This document shows, piece by piece, positions 56,701 to 64,000 of a stretch of 64,000 nucleotides of DNA (positions are counted from its first letter, which is position 1; every line of letters starts with the position of its first letter). Under the pieces are notes generated by a model. The model saw nothing but the letters and a program-made list of their open reading frames with translations. It was not told the origin of the DNA and did not search any database. The DNA lies in the IMG/VR virus record IMGVR_UViG_3300035490_000323, positions 13,999 to 77,998 of that record; one strand, written 5' to 3'. A program made the translations under genes and the position numbers. This stretch comes from a virus.

Positions 56701-56946
56701 GTTACCGTGGCGACAGGCTACGGCTCCCCCTTCCAGGTCCCTGGGGCAGGGTTCGTGCAGGGCGGCCTGCTCTATGCCGGGCCGGGGAGCGCCAGCCCCC
56801 CTGCGGGGGTAGGCACGGTCACCCAGGACTACCAGGGCACCGTACTTCCTAACTGCTCATGGGTAATATGTGTGGGAAGGGCACTGGACTCGGAGGACTT
56901 TGTCTACGAACCACATTTGCCAACTCGTGTTGTAATGTCTTTCTAA
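53767..56946 (+). CDS. Large virion structural protein with a C1q-like domain
   Basis: VQFDSIDFD...FTITSAGAYVITGQ...LGLGDVL. Confidence 0.6.
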   Translation: MGGGFNQALASAELWPIKAKKKVVNWNPLGDPTVEKFYHKAMEDGRALETSITDANHWLIQRRNQLINKDIPHAINYIASATHAEPDNPIKAILLAKDVITFMKFLVKMQQEVVQLIQAMVQNIGIIESMLQNIVQNIQANLNAIASLLHDICNWALPDLPSIPNLFADTIWHWNGFNFFPLSSFVPHIKFDANFAFGQCQLHVPNVNILRNFPSNLSNYNGLTFGTPVFVPPLGGIIPNTGTNLSDPAFIQKMQSTPTPPYLTGDHTYSLPFNPLNTSANTGGTTGPGPGGLSNVDGSAAANPNGTVPSMLGSLPNPNMVISAYQMPPSEYQGNIVSIVPSVQTPAVPATPATPTTPAAPAVPPSLQSGALGRDVVEPTDPDYSSPDLVTRQANLRADLVRYVTLGNVVDSGYDPILTSAWLFYVGGARAGRMGQWIASFQAAYQQYVQPSLDYLASGPVPWNRVLSGTGLSAGPQAIPLIAAIAAMGPIAQGNALWRLSYIEAAILGYPRNTRWDAYADLNYTGSFTGTDLDYSSVAIDYTSTTTVTLGEGEAAYPVQCTFPSAIGKVLQQVIAIADSRIRLDASYQSVYPQWRYTYNQFAIAAPVDRFTQFWRTFNGSLQSLLLTDPYVVQFVCAYEASLDSAIDPLGDLAIYSTVRTDANSRSRSWVPGSPLLAVPVAPVVVYSSDATEADPDNNGWPGGVLNPVAYLARPDIQGQPIPVQAAMLGCNEAASNLMALKGSMMSLAATAIDSVQQQIQGLSNFGFQVESASAVTEVPPGTGGALVQFDSIDFDLTGYVTSETSFTITSAGAYVITGQLMWGSGGVGVRTVNVYDTSGSPPATTVVATASTQPSQAGPVTLPFSAQLNLGLGDVLTVVATHSLPVAQDIEAGSILSCVLYSSSEPVPTPPSPSTAGTQVFTADADLGALTAVYVAPDGGVMPVDPTSVSQGSPPFSSDAYPFVDGITLNSATAGSPVTVATGYGSPFQVPGAGFVQGGLLYAGPGSASPPAGVGTVTQDYQGTVLPNCSWVICVGRALDSEDFVYEPHLPTRVVMSF

Positions 56947-56956
56947 CCTCTTAATT

Positions 56957-57697
56957 ATGAGAGCAGTAGCCTTCTACCGTTATCCTCATCCCATGGTCCC
57001 CAAGAAATGGGTCTATACGGGCCAGACTGTTGACCCTGCTAGGCGGGACATTACTCACCGCCTTGGGAGGGACGGCTTTGGCCGTAGGTTCAAAAGGCTG
57101 TTTCCAGGCATCAAGCTGCCCGAGATGGAGGTCGGATGGCATGAGCCCGTGACGGATAGGCTAAAGGCCAAGCTAATAGAGACCGAGGGGATGTTCCGGT
57201 TCCATACCTGGCGGGGGTATCCTGGCGGCATGAATCTGACCTTGCCGGGACTTGTTGACTATGAGAGCCTAGGTAAGCTCGGGGGCAGCATCAGTGGCCA
57301 TATTACGGGTCTTGCCCAAGGCAAGAAGAATGTCGAAACTGGGCATATAGTGAGACTTGGGCGTTCCCAGGGCCGTAAGAATGTCGATACTGGCCTTCTA
57401 GCCAGGGTAGCACCGCTCGGGGGACATATAGGCGGGCATATCTCGGGGAGAATGAATGTGGAGAGAGGTCACCTCGCCAGCCTTAGGACACCTGAGCACC
57501 AGAGAGAGGCTGCCCACCAAGCAGGCCTCAAGACAGTCGCTCTTGGTATTGGTATCCATGCTCCAGGGGTGGCTGCAAAAGGCGGAAAGACCACTGGTCC
57601 AACTAATGGTCACAAACTTGGCAAAAGTGGCATCGGTAACTGCCTCCGCTGGAACGTCCGCCGTGGCAAGCCCTGCACCTGCGGGCACCACTCCTAA
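56957..57697 (+). CDS. Putative GIY-YIG-like endonuclease with basic Gly-rich repeats
   Basis: FY...YTGQT....R...H...E...GMNLT; repeated G.KNV.TG; AT-richer. Confidence 0.55.
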   Translation: MRAVAFYRYPHPMVPKKWVYTGQTVDPARRDITHRLGRDGFGRRFKRLFPGIKLPEMEVGWHEPVTDRLKAKLIETEGMFRFHTWRGYPGGMNLTLPGLVDYESLGKLGGSISGHITGLAQGKKNVETGHIVRLGRSQGRKNVDTGLLARVAPLGGHIGGHISGRMNVERGHLASLRTPEHQREAAHQAGLKTVALGIGIHAPGVAAKGGKTTGPTNGHKLGKSGIGNCLRWNVRRGKPCTCGHHS

Positions 57698-57819
57698 TTT
57701 CAGAAGTGCTGATATGTAGTCCTTCTAGGACAAAACTACTGATATCTTCCAGTTTTCTCCAGGTTTCCCCCCCGCAAGCCCCCTTTGCGGGGTATACTAC
57801 TTGAAGGAGGACGCACAGG

Positions 57820-58503
57820 TTGGACAGGCTTAGGACCACCATTGCCGCCCTGGTATTATCCGGCACGGCCCTGGTCTCTGCCGGGTCCCCGGCCCAGGTA
57901 GTGTGGGAGTCCAGGGGCAAGGCCTCCTCCTATGGCAGGGAGAGAGCGGGGCACAGGACCTCCAGCGGGGAGGTGTTCAACCCCCGCAGGCTTACCGCCG
58001 CCCACCGTACCCTTCCCTTCGGCAGCATCGTCCTGGTCACCAACCTGCGGAACGGCAGGCAGGTGGAGGTCAGGATAAACGACCGGGGGCCGGGGTACCC
58101 TAACCGCATCATCGACGTCTCCTCCGCCGCAGCCCGGAGGCTGGGGTTCGACGGCCTTACGGACGCCTCAATCCAGGTATTATACTACGGGGAGACGGCG
58201 GGCTACAGCTACCTTGCCCTGCTCTGCCGTGCGGGGGAGGGCAGGACGCTGCCGTGCTCCTCCTACTTCGTCGCCCCCGGCCATGAGGAGGAAGCCTATG
58301 AGGCTCATTATCTTGCAGGAAGAGCTTTACGAGTATCTATGCTACGTCGTAGAGTCGTACGCCAAGAGAGGCATAGACCCAAGGGAAGGGCTCTCGCTCT
58401 ATCATCTGCACAGGGCGGTGAGGAGTACCCCCGAAGTGGACGAGCGGCAGGCGGCCAAGCTGGCCATCGGCGCGGACGGCAACGCCTCCCTGTCGGTGGA
58501 TAG
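57820..58503 (+). CDS. rlpA: RlpA-like lytic transglycosylase (DPBB)
   Basis: GKASSYG...TSSGEVF...TAAHRTLPFG..V.VTN..NG..V.VRINDRGP...RIIDVS..AA..LG; signal peptide. Confidence 0.85.
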   Translation: MDRLRTTIAALVLSGTALVSAGSPAQVVWESRGKASSYGRERAGHRTSSGEVFNPRRLTAAHRTLPFGSIVLVTNLRNGRQVEVRINDRGPGYPNRIIDVSSAAARRLGFDGLTDASIQVLYYGETAGYSYLALLCRAGEGRTLPCSSYFVAPGHEEEAYEAHYLAGRALRVSMLRRRVVRQERHRPKGRALALSSAQGGEEYPRSGRAAGGQAGHRRGRQRLPVGG

Positions 58504-58606
58504 CCAAGCTAATCCCCCACAGCAGCCTCCTCCGCAGGAGCCTCCTTCTCCTCCTCCTTCCGAAGGCAAGGAACTGAACAGCGGGGACCTTATTAAGGGC
58601 TGGTAA
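58298..58606 (+). CDS. Hypothetical protein
   Basis: GAGGAG Shine-Dalgarno, MRLIILQEELYEY; overlaps the tail of rlpA. Confidence 0.5.
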   Translation: MRLIILQEELYEYLCYVVESYAKRGIDPREGLSLYHLHRAVRSTPEVDERQAAKLAIGADGNASLSVDSQANPPQQPPPQEPPSPPPSEGKELNSGDLIKGW

Positions 58607-59023
58607 ATGGGAGAGATAAAGTACCCTATCACCGTAAGGAAAATCAAGTACTCTGAGCCTGTCCAGACATCGTACCGCAGGGTCGGCATGTGGGTCAAGG
58701 TGCGCCCCTGCGCCGAGGACTGCAAGGGGAAGACCTTCCTGGGCGTCTACCTCGGGGACCTGACCCTGTCGAGCTTAGTGCTGTACTACCCGAAGACCAA
58801 GGTGCTGGAGGTATGCCCGCACCAGAACCCTGCTATCTTCGTTCCCGACCTGGGGCGTATCGTGTGGGGGTGCGAGTCGTGGTGGGGGGAGGTCGAGGGC
58901 CCGGAGGACCTCCGCCAGATTACCGATGCCGACATCCAGAACGTGTGGTATGTCAGGGCCCTAAAAGAGCTGTCAAAGGCGGGCTCCCCAGGAACTCCGC
59001 CTCCTCCGCCAGCCTCCGCCTGA
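58607..59023 (+). CDS. Hypothetical phage protein
   Basis: VKVRPC...KTFLGVYLGD...NPAIFVP...WGCESWW. Confidence 0.65.
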   Translation: MGEIKYPITVRKIKYSEPVQTSYRRVGMWVKVRPCAEDCKGKTFLGVYLGDLTLSSLVLYYPKTKVLEVCPHQNPAIFVPDLGRIVWGCESWWGEVEGPEDLRQITDADIQNVWYVRALKELSKAGSPGTPPPPPASA

Positions 59024-59426
59024 GCAGCCCGGCGACCACCTTACCGCCTACCTTGTCCCACCGCTCGAACTGCCTTGCCGCGTCCGGAAGGTCGCCCTCG
59101 TTGACCAGCCTGAGCAGTGTCGAGTGGTCGAAGTTCCACCTGCCGCAGTTGAAGGTAAAGTCGGTCAGGGCATCGAACTCCCCCTGGGTGGGCTGTATGC
59201 CCACCATCGCGTTGACTTCCCCCTCTGCCCAGGCATAGTCCTGCTCTAGCCACTGCTCCGCCTGTGCCTGCGTGCAGGCCATGCCGGGCCCTACCCCGCT
59301 CCCTGTATGCCCGTACCCTATCGTCCAGATGCCTCCCAAGTCCTGGTATGACTCCAGGCTCAGGCCCTCGAAGCTCTCGGTTAGCTGTATCCCTTTCCTG
59401 GAGTAGGTCATAGGCGGGACTATCAT
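58953..59426 (-). CDS. GH24 lysozyme (endolysin)
   Basis: FEG....Y.D..G.WTIGYGHT...FDAL..F.FN.G...STLL...GL.RRR.AE. Confidence 0.92.
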   Translation of the reverse strand: MIVPPMTYSRKGIQLTESFEGLSLESYQDLGGIWTIGYGHTGSGVGPGMACTQAQAEQWLEQDYAWAEGEVNAMVGIQPTQGEFDALTDFTFNCGRWNFDHSTLLRLVNEGDLPDAARQFERWDKVGGKVVAGLLRRRLAEEAEFLGSPPLTALLGP

Positions 59427-59435
59427 ATGCCCTCC

Positions 59436-59972
59436 CTATACCGCCACGTCCAGGTAGGCGGTGTCCCTGCCAAAGTCCACGCTCACCACCATGCTGCTGG
59501 TGACGTCCTCCGAGCCAGGGTCCGGCGTGTATATGACGGATACCACCCCGTTGGCGTATGACAGCCCGGCCGGCAGGAAGCCTACCAGGCTGGTGGGATA
59601 GTTGGGGTTGCCCAGGGCATAGTTGTCCGCCAGCATCAGGCCATCCTGGAGGAGGAAGGTCATCCATAGCGCCAGCTCCGGGGTGCTCTCGTCCAGTATG
59701 GCCATGGACGCCCTCCCGAGCAGAACCAGCCCGTAGGCAGGGAAGGCCGGGGAGGTGCCCCTGTACGGCCCGGGCGGCTCCGTGTACCAGGAGGCCACGG
59801 AGGGGGGGGAGTCCTCTACCCCTGACGTGTAGCGGGAGCCGTTGGCTGCGAACCCCGTATGCCCATTGTCCTCAGGGAAGTAGAAGCTGTCCTCCCCTGA
59901 CTGCTGGATGAGGGCCGTGGCGGTTATCGGCTGGTTGCCGTAGGCGTAGGGCTGGGCTTGAAGGATTGCCAT
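59436..59972 (-). CDS. Hypothetical protein
   Basis: Co-oriented with the lysozyme gene. Confidence 0.55.
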   Translation of the reverse strand: MAILQAQPYAYGNQPITATALIQQSGEDSFYFPEDNGHTGFAANGSRYTSGVEDSPPSVASWYTEPPGPYRGTSPAFPAYGLVLLGRASMAILDESTPELALWMTFLLQDGLMLADNYALGNPNYPTSLVGFLPAGLSYANGVVSVIYTPDPGSEDVTSSMVVSVDFGRDTAYLDVAV

Positions 59973-60028
59973 CTCTAATCCTCTGACTTTGCTCCTACTA
60001 ATTAGATGCGAAGTCAAGGCGGAGAACT

Positions 60029-63000
60029 ATGCTTGAGTATCCCTCGGTAGTTTCCAGGACGCTTGACCCGGCCGGCAAGAGCCTGCTGACCGTCGTGGCC
60101 CTGCACGACCATGAGATTTCCGATGCGGACGTCAACCTCATCCAGGACCTCCAGGGCTACAAGCGGCACCAGGTGCTCAAGGACGGCCCGGCGACCTCCG
60201 GCTGCCTGACCTGGAGCCCCCTTGCCTTCAGCACCTCTGTCCCCAACACTTTTACCGTCCCCTCCTTCGACGTCCTGTTCAGCGGCGAGGAGGTCACGGT
60301 GACTGGCTACCTCTCTGCCGACCAGGCACTTAACCAGGTCGTCCTTCCCCCTCCGGCCCCCTGGCCCTCGTCCGACGAGCCAGCCAGGGTATACGTCGTC
60401 TTCCTGGAGCTTTGGTACCAGGCGCTAGACCCTACCACCGGGGCGGGGTACTACTCCGTCACCGACCCCGTGACCGGGGCCATCTCCAACTTCTTCTGGC
60501 CCTACGGCTGCATCAACCCCGACCCGAGCCTCTACGAGTCCATGCCTGACGACTCGGTGGACATCTTCGGCAGCCTTACCGCAGGCGGGGGCCTCTACAC
60601 CACCCAGCGTGCCCAGATACAGTGGAGCATGAACGTCCAGCGCGTGGGCCTGAGCTACGACTTTACCAGGTACCGCTACGGCCTTGACCCGGTCGGGACC
60701 GGCCCCCTCCAGGCAGTCTACTCGCAGGCCGCCCAGCCCTCCCCCATCACGCTGGACGCCACCTACCAGTTCCAGAACCTCGGGCCCGTCACGGGGGACA
60801 CCGGGCTATGGAGGGCGGGCAACGGCAGCCCCACCAACTCCCTGGGCACCCTGGACGGGTACAGCTATGCCATGCCGGTCGCCGTGGTCTTCCAGCGCAA
60901 CAGCGGCATCTTCAGCCTGGGCTCCAACATCTTCGGGTGCGCCAGCGCCGGGACCTCCGACTCCGGCACGCTCGCCACGGGCATATCCGGGCGCTTCGAC
61001 CTCCGCCTGGCCGACCAGGTGTTCCCGGACGACACGGTGGACACGAGGCAGTCCGTGAGCCTGGACGGCTGGGACTACGAGAAGCTGTCCGGGGAGGGGT
61101 TCACGGACATCATAACCGGCAGCCTCAGGTCGGCTATCGGGCGCGGGAAGCCCCCCGGCATGAGCCCGTACGACCTCGGCTCGGCGCTCGACTACTATGT
61201 CTCGGTAGCCCCGGCCATTATCCCCAACACCAACACGGTAGGGGCGTTTGACGGGTTTATGAACGGCTTCAGCTCCGACCAGAGGACCTTCTACGTCACC
61301 AAGCAGGTCAGCATCTACGGCACTCCCAGCACGCCCCAGAACCCTGACGGCACCTCGGGCACGATAGGGAAGTCCGTGGGCACCGCAGGGGCGTCCTGGT
61401 CCCAGAACGATGCCTTCACCATCTGCCTGCCCTCGGCATCGACCACCGTCTCCGCCTCCGCTACCATCACCTCCGCCTTCGTGCAGGGGCTCAATACCCC
61501 GGTGGGGGGAGGGGCCAAGGTCCCCGTCAGCCTCCTGTCCGGCGCACAGGTGCTAGTGCAGGGCCTCAACTCCCGCACCATCGTGGTGTCCTTCCCGCAG
61601 AACCTCTACGGCACGCTCTATGACCCAGGGGCCAGCAACATCTATGTCACCCTCGGCATCACCTACCCGGCAGGCGGCAGCGCCAGCCTGGTCAACATCC
61701 CTGCCGCCGTGGACGGGGGCTCCCTCTACGACGGCATCACAGGCAAGGCCCTGCCGGTCTCCGGCGTCTCCGAGTATGCCATCCAGGCACAGCAGATAGC
61801 CCCGCTGGCCTACCAGGTGTGGTCCTACAACCCCGAGTACTCCAGCGTCCAGTTCGGCACCAGGGTATGGGTCCGGGTGGCAGGCTCCAGCGGGGTCCAG
61901 CAGACGGTCGCAGGGGGGGTCACTACCACCTTCGTAGTCCCCACCCAGGGCATCAGCGGGCAGGTCAACGGCCTGTACGTGGTCGGGGCCTGGGACCTTG
62001 CCACCGGCAGCCCCTACGCCATAGCCTCCAGGACGATAAGCGGCACCAACTGCATCGTCACCATCCAGGCACCCGTGGCCTCCGCGTCCACGGTGGTCAT
62101 GTCGTTCATGGCCCAGGACACCGCCCAGATAGCCTATAACCCCTCCGTCATGGGGGTAACCCAGATAGAGGAGACGGTGCTCTTCGGAACCTATGCCCAT
62201 ACCCCTAGCTCCCCTGCCAACTCCCCTAGCCTATGGACAGACAGCAGGGTCGTGGTGGAGTCCGTCTCCTATGACAGCGCCTCGGGCGCGAGCACCGTGG
62301 TCCTGGCAGGCAACCGCTGCACCATCAAGGGCATATCCGGCAACGACATCGGCAGGCTGGTATGGGTCCAGGACCAGCTAGGCAACCTCAATGCCGTGCC
62401 TGTCTCCACGGCCAGCTTCAGCAACGGCTATGCCATAGTCGTGGTGCCGGGCACCAACCTCGACCAGGCGCAGGGGGGCAGTGCCTTCCTGTTCGTGGGC
62501 TCCATCCTCCCGGCCCTCTCCCCGTCCTCTGTCCTTACGGTAGAGGAGCGCTATGTCCCCTACCAGGGCGAGGGGGTCGAGGGCCATACCTACGAGGTCC
62601 TGTATGCCTCCGACAATGCCCTGATTACCACCAACGGCACCGGGACGGCCCCGGTCATAGGGCTGGCGGACGTGTTCCCCTACAACCGCCAGGTCCCCAT
62701 CTCCACCACCCTCCCCTCCCAGGTGGGGTGGTCGGACGCCACGCTCGCCAACACCCCGCTGGCCACCCTGTTCGACTCCAACTACGTGGCGATGCGGCAG
62801 GGCAACGTGGAGACGGTGTTCGAGGCACCGCTGCACACCAATGACTTTATCCTGCCCGTCAACCGGGACATCAGGAAGCAGATACAGCTCCTCCAGGGCG
62901 GGAGCGGGGGCAGGGGCTTTGCCAAGGCCCTCCCGCATGTCGGCTTCGCCATCGAGCCGCCTGTCCCCAGGACCGTGCTGGGGCAGAACCTACAGTCCAC

Positions 63001-63901
63001 TACCGCCCCCATCGTCCTGTACGTGAACAACGTCGGGGGCAACGACAGCAACAACGGGCTCACCCCCCAGGCTGCCAAGCTCACCATCACCGGGGCGGTC
63101 AATGCCCTTCCCCCTGTGCTCCGCCACCCCTGCTCTATCCAGCTTGTCACCACCGGGGTGCCCTACACCATCGCCAATATCTCGTCCTCCCTCCAGATTA
63201 TAGCCCTGGGAGACGGGACGATAAGGACGGCAAAGTGGTACGCGCTCGCCAACCTGGCCTTCAGCATCCAGGAGGAGGGCAGGGTCGTAATCACCAGCAC
63301 GGCCAACGCTACCCTCCCCATCACTATCGACGCTACGACCTGGGCAGGGTTCGGGGACGGCCCGACCTCGGCCTTCTTCGTCAACAACAGCCGGGTGCTG
63401 TTCAATAATATCCTGTTCCAGGGCTTCGTCAGCCCTGCCGTGTACGGCATAGACTCGGACATCGAGTTCGTAGGCTGTTTCTTCAGCAACAATGCCCAGG
63501 CAGGGGGGTTCGAGCAGGGCAGCGGCGTGATAATGACAGGGGGGAGCATATCCCTGCCCATGGGAGGCACCGGGTTCGTGCTCTCCCAGTCGGAGCTGAC
63601 CGTCTCCGGGGCACTCCTGGCAGTGGCCATCGGGGCAATCCCCGGGGCCTTCTTCACGGCGGAGCGCTCCTCCTGCGTCAACCTGTCCCAGCACCAGGCA
63701 TCGCAGGAGACGGGCGTGCTCCCCACCACGGTGATAGCCTATGCCCAGCTCAATTCCAGCATCGTGGCGGACAGCACCTTCCAGAGCGCAGGGGAGGCGG
63801 TCCTGACGGCCAACTCGATACTGGCACGCTCCGTGAGCATAGACCCGTTCCTAGGAGGAGTCAACGCCGACAGCACGTCTGCCGTGGTGACACAGATATA
63901 G
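60029..63901 (+). CDS. Large tail/baseplate structural protein with C-terminal beta-helix-like region
   Basis: 1290 aa, S/T/G/V-rich; LYVN...GNDSNNGL...AKLTI..AV motif of tailspike-type domains. Confidence 0.65.
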   Translation: MLEYPSVVSRTLDPAGKSLLTVVALHDHEISDADVNLIQDLQGYKRHQVLKDGPATSGCLTWSPLAFSTSVPNTFTVPSFDVLFSGEEVTVTGYLSADQALNQVVLPPPAPWPSSDEPARVYVVFLELWYQALDPTTGAGYYSVTDPVTGAISNFFWPYGCINPDPSLYESMPDDSVDIFGSLTAGGGLYTTQRAQIQWSMNVQRVGLSYDFTRYRYGLDPVGTGPLQAVYSQAAQPSPITLDATYQFQNLGPVTGDTGLWRAGNGSPTNSLGTLDGYSYAMPVAVVFQRNSGIFSLGSNIFGCASAGTSDSGTLATGISGRFDLRLADQVFPDDTVDTRQSVSLDGWDYEKLSGEGFTDIITGSLRSAIGRGKPPGMSPYDLGSALDYYVSVAPAIIPNTNTVGAFDGFMNGFSSDQRTFYVTKQVSIYGTPSTPQNPDGTSGTIGKSVGTAGASWSQNDAFTICLPSASTTVSASATITSAFVQGLNTPVGGGAKVPVSLLSGAQVLVQGLNSRTIVVSFPQNLYGTLYDPGASNIYVTLGITYPAGGSASLVNIPAAVDGGSLYDGITGKALPVSGVSEYAIQAQQIAPLAYQVWSYNPEYSSVQFGTRVWVRVAGSSGVQQTVAGGVTTTFVVPTQGISGQVNGLYVVGAWDLATGSPYAIASRTISGTNCIVTIQAPVASASTVVMSFMAQDTAQIAYNPSVMGVTQIEETVLFGTYAHTPSSPANSPSLWTDSRVVVESVSYDSASGASTVVLAGNRCTIKGISGNDIGRLVWVQDQLGNLNAVPVSTASFSNGYAIVVVPGTNLDQAQGGSAFLFVGSILPALSPSSVLTVEERYVPYQGEGVEGHTYEVLYASDNALITTNGTGTAPVIGLADVFPYNRQVPISTTLPSQVGWSDATLANTPLATLFDSNYVAMRQGNVETVFEAPLHTNDFILPVNRDIRKQIQLLQGGSGGRGFAKALPHVGFAIEPPVPRTVLGQNLQSTTAPIVLYVNNVGGNDSNNGLTPQAAKLTITGAVNALPPVLRHPCSIQLVTTGVPYTIANISSSLQIIALGDGTIRTAKWYALANLAFSIQEEGRVVITSTANATLPITIDATTWAGFGDGPTSAFFVNNSRVLFNNILFQGFVSPAVYGIDSDIEFVGCFFSNNAQAGGFEQGSGVIMTGGSISLPMGGTGFVLSQSELTVSGALLAVAIGAIPGAFFTAERSSCVNLSQHQASQETGVLPTTVIAYAQLNSSIVADSTFQSAGEAVLTANSILARSVSIDPFLGGVNADSTSAVVTQI

Positions 63902-63910
63902 GAAAAAGCT

Positions 63911-64000
63911 ATGAGCCTACCCCTGCTTCCGGTATCCCCGACTGTTGCCAATATCGACGAGAGCTTCAACCTGGCGGTCAACTGGACCCCGCATGCCATC
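63911..64000 (+). CDS. Start of the next structural gene (truncated)
   Basis: MSLPLLPVSPTVANIDESFNLAVNWTPHAI, open to the window end. Confidence 0.45.
   Translation, partial: MSLPLLPVSPTVANIDESFNLAVNWTPHAI

Noticed and set aside
1-64000. Stop-codon reassignment, since many genes end in TAG
   Set aside because: Known proteins (NrdJ, helicase, phosphoesterase) are full length in the standard code, and no suppressor tRNA is present in the window.
1-64000. Retron, diversity-generating retroelement or integrase
   Set aside because: No reverse transcriptase, template/variable repeat pair or recombinase motif was found in the window.

Overview
GC-rich, gene-dense 64 kb segment of a large (jumbo-type) tailed phage read in the standard genetic code; an Acidobacteria-like host is a weak inference. 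Layout: (1) 1-8.4 kb, two giant multi-domain 'polyvalent' proteins (several ADP-ribosyltransferase-like, HAD, GNAT, papain-like, PcfJ-like, Zn-finger and GP88-like domains) joined by recurring K-x-A-(A/S) linkers. (2) 8.4-24.6 kb, accessory genes: HNH, a major-capsid-protein paralog with a twin-arginine signal, a CCA-adding enzyme, three small secreted Ig/FN3 proteins, Gly-Tyr-Thr collagen-like fibres, a metallophosphoesterase. (3) 24.6-29.0 kb, a minus-strand RNA island with RNase P RNA, tmRNA, 17 tRNAs and several unexplained structured spacers. (4) 29-38 kb, NADAR, HslV-like peptidase, class II ribonucleotide reductase, an HTH initiator with iteron-like repeats and a DnaB-like helicase. (5) 38-64 kb, tail/baseplate genes, endonucleases, RlpA and a lysozyme. 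The best candidate for an undescribed system is a ribosome-coupled transcription attenuator in front of the tRNA array (28826-28997). Its 31-codon leader ORF has 15 consecutive codons that are all read by tRNAs of the downstream array, and it is followed by mutually exclusive anti-antiterminator, antiterminator and terminator hairpins. It looks like a multi-codon sensor that would turn on replacement tRNAs when any of those host tRNAs is depleted. All family assignments come from motifs read by eye; no database searches were run.
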